DNA from: a virus
Taxonomy: Duplodnaviria; Caudoviricetes
IMG/VR virus record: IMGVR_UViG_3300022936_000189
Span: 1-29,787 of that record
DNA length: 29,787 nucleotides
Strand: one strand, 5' to 3'
Made by a program: the position numbers and the translations under genes. The notes below the pieces were generated by a model. The model was given only the letters and a program-made list of their open reading frames with translations. It was not told where the DNA came from and ran no database searches. This document shows positions 18,385 through 28,175 of this stretch, piece after piece (the stretch's first letter is position 1; every line of letters begins with the position of its first letter).

Positions 18385-18489
18385 TCATCAAAACAAGAAA
18401 CCTTTATAGCTATAAAGCCTTACTTAATTCTTCTCTCAATACTTCTTCCGCTTTCAATCATTCAATATTTCAATACTTAAATAAAATGA

Positions 18490-19512
18490 ATGACAGCAAA
18501 CATTTATATCTCCGGCCAGATAGGCACGTTTGACGGTACCACCGGCATAGAACTTATAGACGTGGTAAGCCAGGTAAAAAAGCAGCCCAAAGCCACCGCC
18601 TATAATGTGCACATAAACAGCGAGGGCGGACTGGTAGATGTGGGTTTCGACATTTACCAATATCTAAAATCGCTTAAAAAGCCCCTTACCACCATAGGCA
18701 GCGGCATTGTAGCCAGTATAGCCACCGTAATTTTTATGGCAGGCGATAAAAGGCAGGTGCGCGAAAATACTCCGTTCATGATTCACCTGCCGTGGGGCGG
18801 GTCTATGGGTACGGCAGACGAGCTGGAACAATTTGCCGACCAGCTTCGTGCTATAGAGAAAAAAATGGTGGGCTTTTACAAAAAAGCGCTTAACGTGCAG
18901 GAGCAGGCCATTATGCCGCTCCTTAAAAACGAAACGTGGCTTACGGGCAGGCAGCTTGCCGCCCTGGGCTTTACTACCTCGCGGCAGGTTAAGGCCGCAG
19001 CAAAAGCTTTCATTAACCCCAACTCTACTATGAGAGGAACATTTACCGAGAACGACAGGCACTGGATGGAAGGCCTGTTTACTAAAGTACTGGGCAAGTT
19101 TAAAAGTGCCCACATTTTTAACAAAGTGGTGCAGGATGCTACCGGTGCCGAACTTGATTTTACCGACCTGCCCGATGATGCAGTGATCGAAGTGGGTGCA
19201 ACCGCCACCGTAGACGGTTCTCCTGCCGAAGGCGAATACCTGTTGCCCGATGGCTACACGTATGTGTTTGAAGCCGGTGAATTAACCGAGATCATTGAAC
19301 CCGAAGAAGACACCGAGGCAGCATCGTTACGCACAGAGAACAAGGCTTTAAAACGCCAGCTAAACACTATTAAAAGTGAGGTACTGGCACTAAAAAAGCA
19401 GGTAACAAGCAAATTTAGTGTAGATGGTAAAAAGGTGGCGCAGCGCAGGGCGGGAGAAACCGACAGGCTTGCCGGAATGAAAGAATATTTGAAACAAAAC
19501 ACCCGTAAGTAA
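18490..19512 (+). CDS. ClpP-type (S14) prohead protease with C-terminal scaffold-like region
   Basis: HINSEGG, VASIA (Ser), FMIHLP (His), ETWL; acidic region then coiled-coil tail. Confidence 0.9.
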   Translation: MTANIYISGQIGTFDGTTGIELIDVVSQVKKQPKATAYNVHINSEGGLVDVGFDIYQYLKSLKKPLTTIGSGIVASIATVIFMAGDKRQVRENTPFMIHLPWGGSMGTADELEQFADQLRAIEKKMVGFYKKALNVQEQAIMPLLKNETWLTGRQLAALGFTTSRQVKAAAKAFINPNSTMRGTFTENDRHWMEGLFTKVLGKFKSAHIFNKVVQDATGAELDFTDLPDDAVIEVGATATVDGSPAEGEYLLPDGYTYVFEAGELTEIIEPEEDTEAASLRTENKALKRQLNTIKSEVLALKKQVTSKFSVDGKKVAQRRAGETDRLAGMKEYLKQNTRK

Positions 19513-20570
19513 TGAGCGTTATTAATGCAGATGGATTAACACTACATGCCCGTGAGGCCGAAACGGTAAGCGAGGTAATTTTTGCGAGGGTTTTTAACGA
19601 AAGCGACCTTGCCGAATACCACGAGATAGAAACGGGTATTGATGTAAACACCCAGATTGCCTTTGCAGGAAGGCTTGGCCTGCTGGGTAAAAAAACGGTG
19701 GGGTGCCAGCCCAATGAGGCAGGCGGTTTTGCACTGACCGAGAAATTCTGGACACCCGTACTCGAAGATTTCAGGCTGAGGCATTGCCAGGCAGATATGC
19801 CGGCACTGTTTAAAATGTTCAGGAAATCGCAGCGCATTAACCCCGACTTTTTTGATGCCGTGGGCTCTCAGGAGTTTGGCGTTATCATATCGGCGGTAGA
19901 GACGGCTTTGCAGGAAAACATTCACCGCAAGGTATGGTTTAACGATACCGCTGCTGCCACCACAGCAAACGGCGGGGTGTTTAAAGTGGGTACAGATCTT
20001 GATTACTTTAACTCTTTTAACGGGCTCTTTAAGCAAATCTTTACTGCGGTAACGGCAAACAAAGTTACCCGTGTGCCTATAGATGTTAACACCGGTGCGG
20101 GTTATAATGCCCAGGCTCTTGCTGCAGATGCTGCCATTGGTATTTTCGAAAAGCTGTTAACCGCTGCCGATGAAAGGCTTGTTGCTGCAGATGATGCTTT
20201 TATACTTGCCTCGCGCTCTCTTGCCGATAACTACCGTGCCACGCTGCGCAACAAGAACTTAGGTTCGGGCTACATGGAAGTGGTTGAAGGTGGCCGCCCT
20301 AAACTGTTGTTTGATGGTATAGAGGTTAAAGTACGCTACGACTGGGACCGCTATATTAAAACCTACCAGGACAACGGCACTAAATACAACCTGCCACACA
20401 GGGCGGTATTTACTACTAAGAGCAACATACCCGTAGGCACTCTTAGCGACGCCGACCTTGCCAAACTGGATGTGTTTTATGACAAGACCCTTAAAACCAA
20501 TTTTATGGATGCTGCCTATACTATTGATGCCAAATTGCTGGAAGAATATATGGTGGTAGCGGCGTATTAA
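19512..20570 (+). CDS. Major capsid protein
   Basis: 352 aa, TAATG-coupled to the protease, composition and position of an HK97-type capsid protein. Confidence 0.8.
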   Translation: MSVINADGLTLHAREAETVSEVIFARVFNESDLAEYHEIETGIDVNTQIAFAGRLGLLGKKTVGCQPNEAGGFALTEKFWTPVLEDFRLRHCQADMPALFKMFRKSQRINPDFFDAVGSQEFGVIISAVETALQENIHRKVWFNDTAAATTANGGVFKVGTDLDYFNSFNGLFKQIFTAVTANKVTRVPIDVNTGAGYNAQALAADAAIGIFEKLLTAADERLVAADDAFILASRSLADNYRATLRNKNLGSGYMEVVEGGRPKLLFDGIEVKVRYDWDRYIKTYQDNGTKYNLPHRAVFTTKSNIPVGTLSDADLAKLDVFYDKTLKTNFMDAAYTIDAKLLEEYMVVAAY

Positions 20571-20621
20571 AGTTTAGAGTTTAAGGTTTAAAGTTATGAG
20601 TAGCTGGTAAAGGCGCAAAAA

Positions 20622-21296
20622 ACCTCACCCCTAACCCCTCTCCGAAGGAGAGGGGAACTCGGATGGCTGACTCAGACGGTTTTCAATTTCGAAGGAGAAT
20701 ATCTTAAATTAATAAAAAGAGATTCCTCAATTCCGCTGCGCTGCATTCGGAATGACACTTAAAGCCGCTATTTCAAACGGAGCTTTGCTTAAGGAGTGTA
20801 GCTATTCCCTTCCCATGGAGGGGTGGCTGAAAGCCGGGGTGGTTTTCGTTATAACCTCTCCCCTAACCCCTCTCCGAAGGAGAGGGGAACTCAAACCCAC
20901 TTATTCAAACGTAACACTGTTCACCAGGAGTGTAGCTGGCTACCCTCTCCTTCGGAGAGGGGCTGGGGGTGAGGTCAAAAAAGAGTGGTTATGGAGATAT
21001 GTCCACACGATAGCTCTTGAGAGGGGTTGGGGTGTGTCAGTCTTTTCTTTTGTCTTGAAACAAAAGAAACAAAAATTAAAGGCTCTAACTTCTTATGCTA
21101 CAAAACATAAGTCTCCGCTAAAAGATTTGAACTCGCTGCGCTCAAACAGCAAATCTTTCTTAACGCCTCAACTTATGTTTTGCTTAACGCAACGAAGTTT
21201 AATGCCTTAGCTTCACTCTAACCCGCTAACTCAATTGCATTAGATTTATGAGTGTAGCTGCTCCCCTCTCCTTCGGAGAGGGGCTGGGGGTGAGGT
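20622..21296. repeat. REP-like cluster between capsid and tail tube genes
   Basis: CCCTCTCC-GAA-GGAGAGGG-type units at about 20622, 20854, 20929, 21014 and 21250; GGAATGACA unit at about 20719-20757. Confidence 0.88.
21045..21218 (-). repeat. Long-hairpin element of about 175 bp, copy 2 (inverted relative to copy 1)
   Basis: Reverse complement aligns along its length with 18000-18176. Confidence 0.8.
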
Positions 21297-21382
21297 CATC
21301 TACTCCACTTCGAGGTCCTTCCGACTTTCAACATTAAGACTTTCGAATTTCAAAAAATACTTCAACAAAAAACAAAAACAAT

Positions 21383-21988
21383 ATGCCAACAGCATTTGAT
21401 TGTACAGGACATTTAACAGCAGACATTTTATTTGATTGCGCCAATGCGCCCACAGGTGGTATAGAACAAAACGTATTGCTTATTAATAAAGACGACATTG
21501 ATGTTTCTGCCACCACCCTAAGCGCAGACAGCAGGCTTCAGGTAACGCAAATACAGCTTAAACCGGGCAAAACAGGCTATAAGCTTACGGGTGTTAAGCA
21601 AAGTAACGGCAAGGCGTGGGAACTGGTTAAAAAAGAAAATGCACCCGACAAATTTAAGCACACCTTTAGCGGTGTGATCTTTAACCCCAGCCTTGCCAAT
21701 AAAAAACAAGCTGATAACCTTAGCAAAGGCGGCAAGTATGTGGTGGTTATAGAGCAGGTGTGGAAAGGTGCAGCCAATGCAGATGCTTTTGAGGTACTGG
21801 GTTACCACTCCGGCCTGGAGCTTACAACCATGACCAACAGCTCTAAGGAGAATGACAACATGATTATGTTCGAACTCGCATCTGCCGATGGTTTTGAGGA
21901 AACCACCATGCCAAAAACCTACTTTAAGGAAGCCGAAGCATACGGAATAAGGAAAGCGCTGTTCGACAATAATTTTATTGAGGCATAA
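21383..21988 (+). CDS. Major tail tube protein (probable)
   Basis: 201 aa; DCANAPTGGIE N-terminus and FEVLGYHSGLEL pattern of Bacteroidota phage tube proteins. Confidence 0.65.
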   Translation: MPTAFDCTGHLTADILFDCANAPTGGIEQNVLLINKDDIDVSATTLSADSRLQVTQIQLKPGKTGYKLTGVKQSNGKAWELVKKENAPDKFKHTFSGVIFNPSLANKKQADNLSKGGKYVVVIEQVWKGAANADAFEVLGYHSGLELTTMTNSSKENDNMIMFELASADGFEETTMPKTYFKEAEAYGIRKALFDNNFIEA

Positions 21989-21997
21989 CCTCCCCTT

Positions 21998-22486
21998 ATG
22001 GATTTTACCACTATGGATATTGCCACCCTTACCCAGTCTGTTACTGGTAAGGGTGTGCCATACCTGGAGCTGTTTCTTAAAGAATACACCTCCCTTTTTG
22101 GCGGATCGGTTAACCCTTCCTGCCCTAAATGCTTAACGGCTTATTTAACTAACTATCAAAACCATTTTAATGCTATGCAAAATACCTGCGCTTACAAACT
22201 ACACAAAAAATACGAAAACATACCGTTGCAATTTGGCTCGCCCATATTAGTAAACAACAGCAACATTACTAATGAATATGCCGAAATACTGTTGCAGCAG
22301 CCCGATGGCATAAGGTTTTTTGCAGAGATACCATCGGCAGGCGATCCGTTTGACGGTTCGTTTATGATTGCAGATGATAGTGTAACATACCCGGAAGCCG
22401 AAGAGCCATTGGCCGATTTAGCTGCTGATGTACCGCTTGAAGGAAGCGATGATATTGATATTTACAATACCGGACAACCCGAATGA
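21998..22486 (+). CDS. Hypothetical phage protein with CxxC motif and acidic tail
   Basis: NPSCPKC; 4-bp overlap with the portal gene. Confidence 0.6.
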   Translation: MDFTTMDIATLTQSVTGKGVPYLELFLKEYTSLFGGSVNPSCPKCLTAYLTNYQNHFNAMQNTCAYKLHKKYENIPLQFGSPILVNNSNITNEYAEILLQQPDGIRFFAEIPSAGDPFDGSFMIADDSVTYPEAEEPLADLAADVPLEGSDDIDIYNTGQPE

Positions 22487-23637
22487 GAACTCTTTTAATA
22501 GACGTATGGAAAAGGCTCACACCCTGGAGTAAAAGTGCCGACGTATATGCCAATGATACCGATAACACCTACCCGGAACGTATGGACAGGCTGGTAAACA
22601 ACAGCGTTACGGCAAAGAGTGCAGCAGCTATAATGGTGCAATACCTCATCGGGAAAGGGTATGGCACGGATGCCGACAGCATTATCATCAACAAAGAAAA
22701 AAACCTGAAACTGATAGATTTTGCCGATGATGTAGCCGACGACCTTGTTAAACAACGCGGCGTGTTTATTCACATAAACTGGAATGCCCTGTACCAAATT
22801 GCCGATTGCAGCGTGGTGCCTTATGAGTGGTGCCGAATAGGCAAAAAAGACAGCAACGATTATGCCGGCAAGATAGCCATAAGCAAAGAATGGCTTAAGC
22901 CAAAGCGCAGCGAAATAGAGTTGGTAGATGTTTACAATCCGCGTAAAGCGGTCATAGACGCACAGGTAGAAAAGGCAGGCGGGTGGGAACATTACAAAGG
23001 GCAGATACTCTTTGTAAACATGGACACGAAGCTTATTTACCCGCTGTCGCGCATCGACTCGGTTTCCGAAGATTGCGATAGCGAGGCGCAGGCATCCATT
23101 TACAAAAACAAGTTGTTGCGTAAAGGCTTTTTTGGCAATACGCTGGTAGTTACACGACCACTTGTGGGCGAAGGCCTCGAACCCGGCAGCACTGCACTAA
23201 CAGAGGCAGAGAGTGAACGGGAGCGTTTTCAGCAGGCCATAAAAGACAGCCTTGGCGCACAAAATACCGGTGGCGTGCTGTGCCTTGAAATGGACTTTGC
23301 AGGAGAAAAACTGGACGATGCCATATTGATAAAACAGATAGAAAGCAAGATAGACGACAAGCTATTTAATTATACCGAAACCAGCGTACGCGAAAATATA
23401 CTTGTGGCTTTTAATAACCTGCCGGCAGGACTGGTAAAAACAAACGATTCGTCGCTGTTTGGCAATTCGGGCGAGGCCATCCGCGAAATGAAACGCACAT
23501 ATTGGGAAAACACAAGCAAGGAGCGGAGTTTACTTACAGCGGTTATCAATCAATTATTGCAGCGGTCGCAAGACTACGCGAGCCTTATTGTACAACCCCT
23601 AAAACTGATAGACGATGCAACCCCTGATAACCCGTAG
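22483..23637 (+). CDS. Portal protein
   Basis: DNTYPE, NSVTA, VFIHINWN and LGAQNTGG motifs; 384 aa. Confidence 0.8.
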   Translation: MRTLLIDVWKRLTPWSKSADVYANDTDNTYPERMDRLVNNSVTAKSAAAIMVQYLIGKGYGTDADSIIINKEKNLKLIDFADDVADDLVKQRGVFIHINWNALYQIADCSVVPYEWCRIGKKDSNDYAGKIAISKEWLKPKRSEIELVDVYNPRKAVIDAQVEKAGGWEHYKGQILFVNMDTKLIYPLSRIDSVSEDCDSEAQASIYKNKLLRKGFFGNTLVVTRPLVGEGLEPGSTALTEAESERERFQQAIKDSLGAQNTGGVLCLEMDFAGEKLDDAILIKQIESKIDDKLFNYTETSVRENILVAFNNLPAGLVKTNDSSLFGNSGEAIREMKRTYWENTSKERSLLTAVINQLLQRSQDYASLIVQPLKLIDDATPDNP

Positions 23638-24109
23638 CGATATTGCCCGCTACAAGCAAATATCTAAAACGCCATATGACGACAAGCTGCACGAGCAAAT
23701 ACTCGATGCGCAGCTGCTGGACCTTCAGCCGCTTATTGGCGAAAGCTTTTTCAACAAAATACTTTCTGCCCCCGTAGATTACGCCGACCTATTAGAAGGC
23801 TGCATTTATGAACACGACGGCATAAGCTATACTAACTATGGCCTTAGCATGGTGCTTACCTATTTTGCTTATGCACGCTACATGATGTTTTCATCGGCAA
23901 TAGACACACCTTTCTCTGTAGTCGAAAAACTAAGCGACAACAGCAGGCCGGTAGAGGTATCGGCTAAAAAAACCTTGTATACACTAAACCGTGAAGCAGC
24001 CGTGCAGGTGTGGGAGAATGTAAAAAATTACCTCGTTCGCACGGCACACCCCGATTTTAAAACCTGCAAAACCAAACAGGGAGGATTTCGATTTAAAAAA
24101 ATAGGCTAA
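23615..24109 (+). CDS. Head-tail adaptor (DUF6712-like)
   Basis: DAQLLDLQPLIGE and LTYFAYARY motifs; follows the portal gene. Confidence 0.65.
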   Translation: MQPLITRSDIARYKQISKTPYDDKLHEQILDAQLLDLQPLIGESFFNKILSAPVDYADLLEGCIYEHDGISYTNYGLSMVLTYFAYARYMMFSSAIDTPFSVVEKLSDNSRPVEVSAKKTLYTLNREAAVQVWENVKNYLVRTAHPDFKTCKTKQGGFRFKKIG

Positions 24110-26607
24110 TGAATATTATATCAACTGTAAACGACAAGCGCTTTTCTATAAACAACATACAGTACCTAAAAAATTATGTTACAGAGGTACACGGCAATAA
24201 AATAGAGCTATTTAATTGTTACGAACGTCACGATGTACTGTTAGAGTTAACGCATTACAGCAACTTTATGGTAGACGGGGTGCGGTACCCTAACGTGACA
24301 GATTTGCAGGCGGCACTGCTGCCGGTACTATATTCGCGCAATAATTTGGGTGGGGACAGCCCCGATATCGACCAGGACAATATAGATGTTGTGCATTACA
24401 TGAGGAGCTCATCGGCTTTGCCGGAAAGTATACTGTCACAAATAAACAGCCTTGACATGTATACGCTCGATGATAAGCAGAGCCTGTGGTTTATAGTATC
24501 TGTACCGGGTGCTCCTGGCTTAAACAACAGGATTACAACCCCCCATGTTTATAAATACAAAATGATTAACTATGGTAAGGGTACTTACGGGCAGGGCGCA
24601 TTTGAGTTAACCATAACCGATATAGAACTGGTTAATGCCGCACAGGCTACCGTGCAGGACATTAAAGCGCAACCTAACACGCAGATTATTAATTATGGAG
24701 CCATTACAACAACCATTTTATCGTGGGTAGTAGTACATAACCCTCCTTTTACTATACCGTCACCTGCCGACGCTTACACTATTTTTACAGGAACTATAAA
24801 TGGTACTGCAATAACCTACTTATGGGTAGGCACAGGTGGTAGTAACGGCTCAGGCGGCAGGCTAACATCATCATCAGACTTTTTAGCAATCCCTGAAATA
24901 GTAGTTGCCACAAATCAGGATAATATAGACATAAAAAAAACCATTTCTTTACAAGGCAGATTCGACAGCCTAACGATAATCAACACTATTAACAGCCTGC
25001 CGGCTTATACTGTAAACGACAACCAGTCGTTGTGGTTTGTGGTTAGGGAACTTACGTTTATAGATGACGGCAACTTAAATGTACCCCGCCCCCCAACAAA
25101 TACTAATCCGTTACTGCTAAAATATAAAATGCTTAACAAAGGCAAAGGTATTTATGGCTCCGGGCAAACACAGTTACGATCGACGGATATTGAATTGGTT
25201 TATAGCAATGAAGCCTCTTTAAACGACCTTGAAGTTGCCGTTGAGACCGATATTGTTTTATTTACACTTACCGAAGGACAAACCATAAGCCAGTGGCTTA
25301 ATGCTCAAAACCCAGCAATAGTAATACAACCCCAGCAAGAAGGCTACACCATTTTTAAAAGCACGGGTACCAATAACCAGTCGTATTTATGGATAGGCAA
25401 CGCAGGCACTTATGGTAGTGGCAGGACACAATCGGTATCAGATAATTTTCAGTTGCTTAATGAGGCAATCACCCCCGTAAATCAGGACAACATAGACATT
25501 AAAAAGACGTTTACCATACCTAATAATTATACAACTGCAAGTATACTTTCGGCAATAAATAATTTAAGAGCTTACGAAATAAAAGATACACAGTCGGTAT
25601 GGTTTATTGGCCGTCAGCAAACTACACTTCAAAGACCGGATGGCCCCGGACCCGAAGTGCCTATACGATTTATTGGCCCGTTAATATTAAAGTACAAGAT
25701 GGTTAATAAGGGCAAAGGGTGGTATGGCAGCGGGCAAACCCAATTAACATCGGCTAATATAGAGTTGATTTACACTAACGAGGCTACACTGGAGGATGTG
25801 GAGTCTGGTGCAGAAACCCAGATAATACAGTTTAGCCTGTCGGAAGACCAAACAGTAAGTGAGTGGTTAAATAGCCAAAACCCCGATGTAACATTACAGA
25901 CGCAGGAAGAAGGCTATACCATTTTTAAAGGAACAGTAAATAACGAAGAAATATCGTATTTATGGATAGGCACAGCAGGAAGATATGGCACCGGGAGATT
26001 GCAAAGTACCAATACCGATTTTCAGCAGCTTAATGATGTTGCTCCGGCACCATTTATGCCCTCTTATGCGCAGGTACTGGGGCAAAACAACAGTACTTTA
26101 CAATATGCTGTGCATGTTCACGAAGATACCGATGCTACAACGGCTTATGGTGCCAATATAGTACATAGAAGTAGAAATGCGCAGTCGGTTACTATAGATT
26201 TTGCAGAGCCAACAGCTACTGTTAGCTATATTGTGCCTGCAAAACAGGTTAATGATGTTTTTGCAATGGTTAGCGATGTACATAAACCCGTTAAGACAGT
26301 TATAACAGAAACACCAGGGTTTGAAAATGGAATTTATACCCTCGCGGCAGAAGATAAGGATAAATGGTTGTTGTTTAAAATCCCTGTAGATTTTACCATT
26401 AAAATTCCCGATGCTGTATTTACAACAAATACTCTTATAGAGGGAGAGACTGCAGATATTGGTCAGGCTACATTTACAGGCGGAAGTGTAATATTAAATT
26501 ATGGTGCTTCGGAAAACCCAAAAACAGCAGAAAAGAATAGTGTGTTTGGGTTGAAATTCAGGTCGGTTACAGAGGTTTCTTTATATGGTAAACTCGAATT
26601 AAGATAA
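24109..26607 (+). CDS. Virion appendage/fibre-like protein with three tandem domains of about 185 aa
   Basis: QDNID...QS(L/V)WF...KYKM.N.GKG.YG...YTIF...YLW(V/I)G repeated three times. Confidence 0.7.
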   Translation: MNIISTVNDKRFSINNIQYLKNYVTEVHGNKIELFNCYERHDVLLELTHYSNFMVDGVRYPNVTDLQAALLPVLYSRNNLGGDSPDIDQDNIDVVHYMRSSSALPESILSQINSLDMYTLDDKQSLWFIVSVPGAPGLNNRITTPHVYKYKMINYGKGTYGQGAFELTITDIELVNAAQATVQDIKAQPNTQIINYGAITTTILSWVVVHNPPFTIPSPADAYTIFTGTINGTAITYLWVGTGGSNGSGGRLTSSSDFLAIPEIVVATNQDNIDIKKTISLQGRFDSLTIINTINSLPAYTVNDNQSLWFVVRELTFIDDGNLNVPRPPTNTNPLLLKYKMLNKGKGIYGSGQTQLRSTDIELVYSNEASLNDLEVAVETDIVLFTLTEGQTISQWLNAQNPAIVIQPQQEGYTIFKSTGTNNQSYLWIGNAGTYGSGRTQSVSDNFQLLNEAITPVNQDNIDIKKTFTIPNNYTTASILSAINNLRAYEIKDTQSVWFIGRQQTTLQRPDGPGPEVPIRFIGPLILKYKMVNKGKGWYGSGQTQLTSANIELIYTNEATLEDVESGAETQIIQFSLSEDQTVSEWLNSQNPDVTLQTQEEGYTIFKGTVNNEEISYLWIGTAGRYGTGRLQSTNTDFQQLNDVAPAPFMPSYAQVLGQNNSTLQYAVHVHEDTDATTAYGANIVHRSRNAQSVTIDFAEPTATVSYIVPAKQVNDVFAMVSDVHKPVKTVITETPGFENGIYTLAAEDKDKWLLFKIPVDFTIKIPDAVFTTNTLIEGETADIGQATFTGGSVILNYGASENPKTAEKNSVFGLKFRSVTEVSLYGKLELR

Positions 26608-26609
26608 CT

Positions 26610-28154
26610 ATGGGAGCAATTTTAGCAAGCAGGATGAGGCAACGGACACTGCCTTTTATATCCAGATGGAAAACCGATAATATAAGTGTTGGCAGCAGTA
26701 CCGAAAACCAAATTAAACTCCCATTATACGATGGTGGTATTTACGATTTTAAGGTTGATTGGGGAGATGAAACAACATCAAGAATTACGTCGTACAATCA
26801 GGCAGATACAGTACATGATTATACAACGCCCGGAACCTATACTGTAACGATAAAAGGCACGCTTATCGGGTTTAGATTTAACAATCAGGGAGACAGGCTT
26901 AAGTTGTTAAGCGTACAACAATGGGGATGTTTACTAATAGGAAACTTAGGACGTGTTTTTTACGGTTGTACTAATTTAAAGCTTAGTGATGTAAGTGATA
27001 CTCTGAATTTAAAAGGTGTTACCGATATAAATTACATGTTTGCCCAATGTAGTTCTTTAGATATAGTTAATTTAATATCAGATTGGGATGTTAGCACAAT
27101 TACTACTATGAGCGCCATGTTTTGGCAGTGTACAGCTTTTAATAGTCCGCTTAATGGATGGAACACGGGTAAAGTAACAGTTATGACCAGTATGTTTAGT
27201 AATGCTTCATCCTTCAATCAAAACATAAACGATTGGGATGTTAGTAAAGTGAAAAGTATGTTAGCCATGTTTAGCGGTGCTTCTTCTTTCAATAAGCCCC
27301 TAAATAACTGGAATACAAGCAATGTAACCGGAACGAATAGTATGTTTAGTAACGCCATTTCCTTCAATCAGCCGCTAAATAATTGGGATGTCAGTAGCGT
27401 TATTAATATGCAATCTATGTTTTATGTAACATCCTCTTTTAACCAACCATTAAACAATTGGAATACAAGCAATGTTACAGACATGGCACAAATGTTTGGC
27501 CGCGCAACTGCCTTTAACCAACCTTTAAATAATTGGGATACCAGCAAAGTTACTAATATGACCAATATGTTTCGCCTTGCTGCTGGCCTTTCAGGAGTGT
27601 TTAATCAGGATATATCTTCATGGGATACCGGCAATGTAACAAACATGTTTTACATGTTCGCTTATAACCCGGTTTTTAACCAGCCATTAAATAACTGGAA
27701 TGTATCTAAAGTAACAATTATGGATTCGATATTCAGGCAAAATTTTGCTTTTAATCAGCCCTTAGATAAGTGGGACACCAAAAATGTAGTAAATATGGAT
27801 GGTATGTTTATTGATGCGAAGGCCTTTAACCATCCCATTAATTCATGGAGCCTAAGTAACGTTACCTCTATGATCGCAATGTTTCAAAACGCTACGGCAT
27901 TCAATCAAAATATAGCGGCCTGGGATGTTTCAAAAGTTAACAATTTTATAAATTTCATGTCGGGAAAAACATTTTCTGATTATTCTTCTGAAAACTATAA
28001 TGCACTACTTAACAGCTGGGCTGCACAAAATGTTGTTACTAACAAGTCTATTAATTTTGGGACTATAAAATATACTTCGCAGGGACTATCCGGCCGTAAT
28101 TTTTTAACTTCTACAAAAAGGTGGAATATTACTGATGGAGGATTGTCTTTATAA
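26610..28154 (+). CDS. BspA/DUF285-type leucine-rich repeat protein with N-terminal PKD-like domain
   Basis: VDWGD...HDYTTPGTYTVTIKG, then about a dozen 25-aa repeats FNQPLNNW(D/N)(T/V)S.VT.M..MF. Confidence 0.9.
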   Translation: MGAILASRMRQRTLPFISRWKTDNISVGSSTENQIKLPLYDGGIYDFKVDWGDETTSRITSYNQADTVHDYTTPGTYTVTIKGTLIGFRFNNQGDRLKLLSVQQWGCLLIGNLGRVFYGCTNLKLSDVSDTLNLKGVTDINYMFAQCSSLDIVNLISDWDVSTITTMSAMFWQCTAFNSPLNGWNTGKVTVMTSMFSNASSFNQNINDWDVSKVKSMLAMFSGASSFNKPLNNWNTSNVTGTNSMFSNAISFNQPLNNWDVSSVINMQSMFYVTSSFNQPLNNWNTSNVTDMAQMFGRATAFNQPLNNWDTSKVTNMTNMFRLAAGLSGVFNQDISSWDTGNVTNMFYMFAYNPVFNQPLNNWNVSKVTIMDSIFRQNFAFNQPLDKWDTKNVVNMDGMFIDAKAFNHPINSWSLSNVTSMIAMFQNATAFNQNIAAWDVSKVNNFINFMSGKTFSDYSSENYNALLNSWAAQNVVTNKSINFGTIKYTSQGLSGRNFLTSTKRWNITDGGLSL

Positions 28155-28175
28155 TATTCGCATCTCACTGAATAT

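Noticed and set aside
20752-21210. 152-aa ORF between the capsid and tube genes
   Set aside because: Largely made of translated REP and hairpin elements (PLRRRGE, LLRRGAGGEV); no protein-like signal
18000-21218. Invertible segment bounded by the inverted 175-bp elements
   Set aside because: Copies are clearly diverged, no recombinase is in the window, and inversion would disconnect the downstream operon
18454-22992. Minus-strand ORFs over the protease, capsid, tube and portal genes
   Set aside because: Antisense shadows of well-supported plus-strand genes
24109-28154. Diversity-generating retroelement target
   Set aside because: No reverse transcriptase and no template/variable repeat pair differing only at adenines was seen
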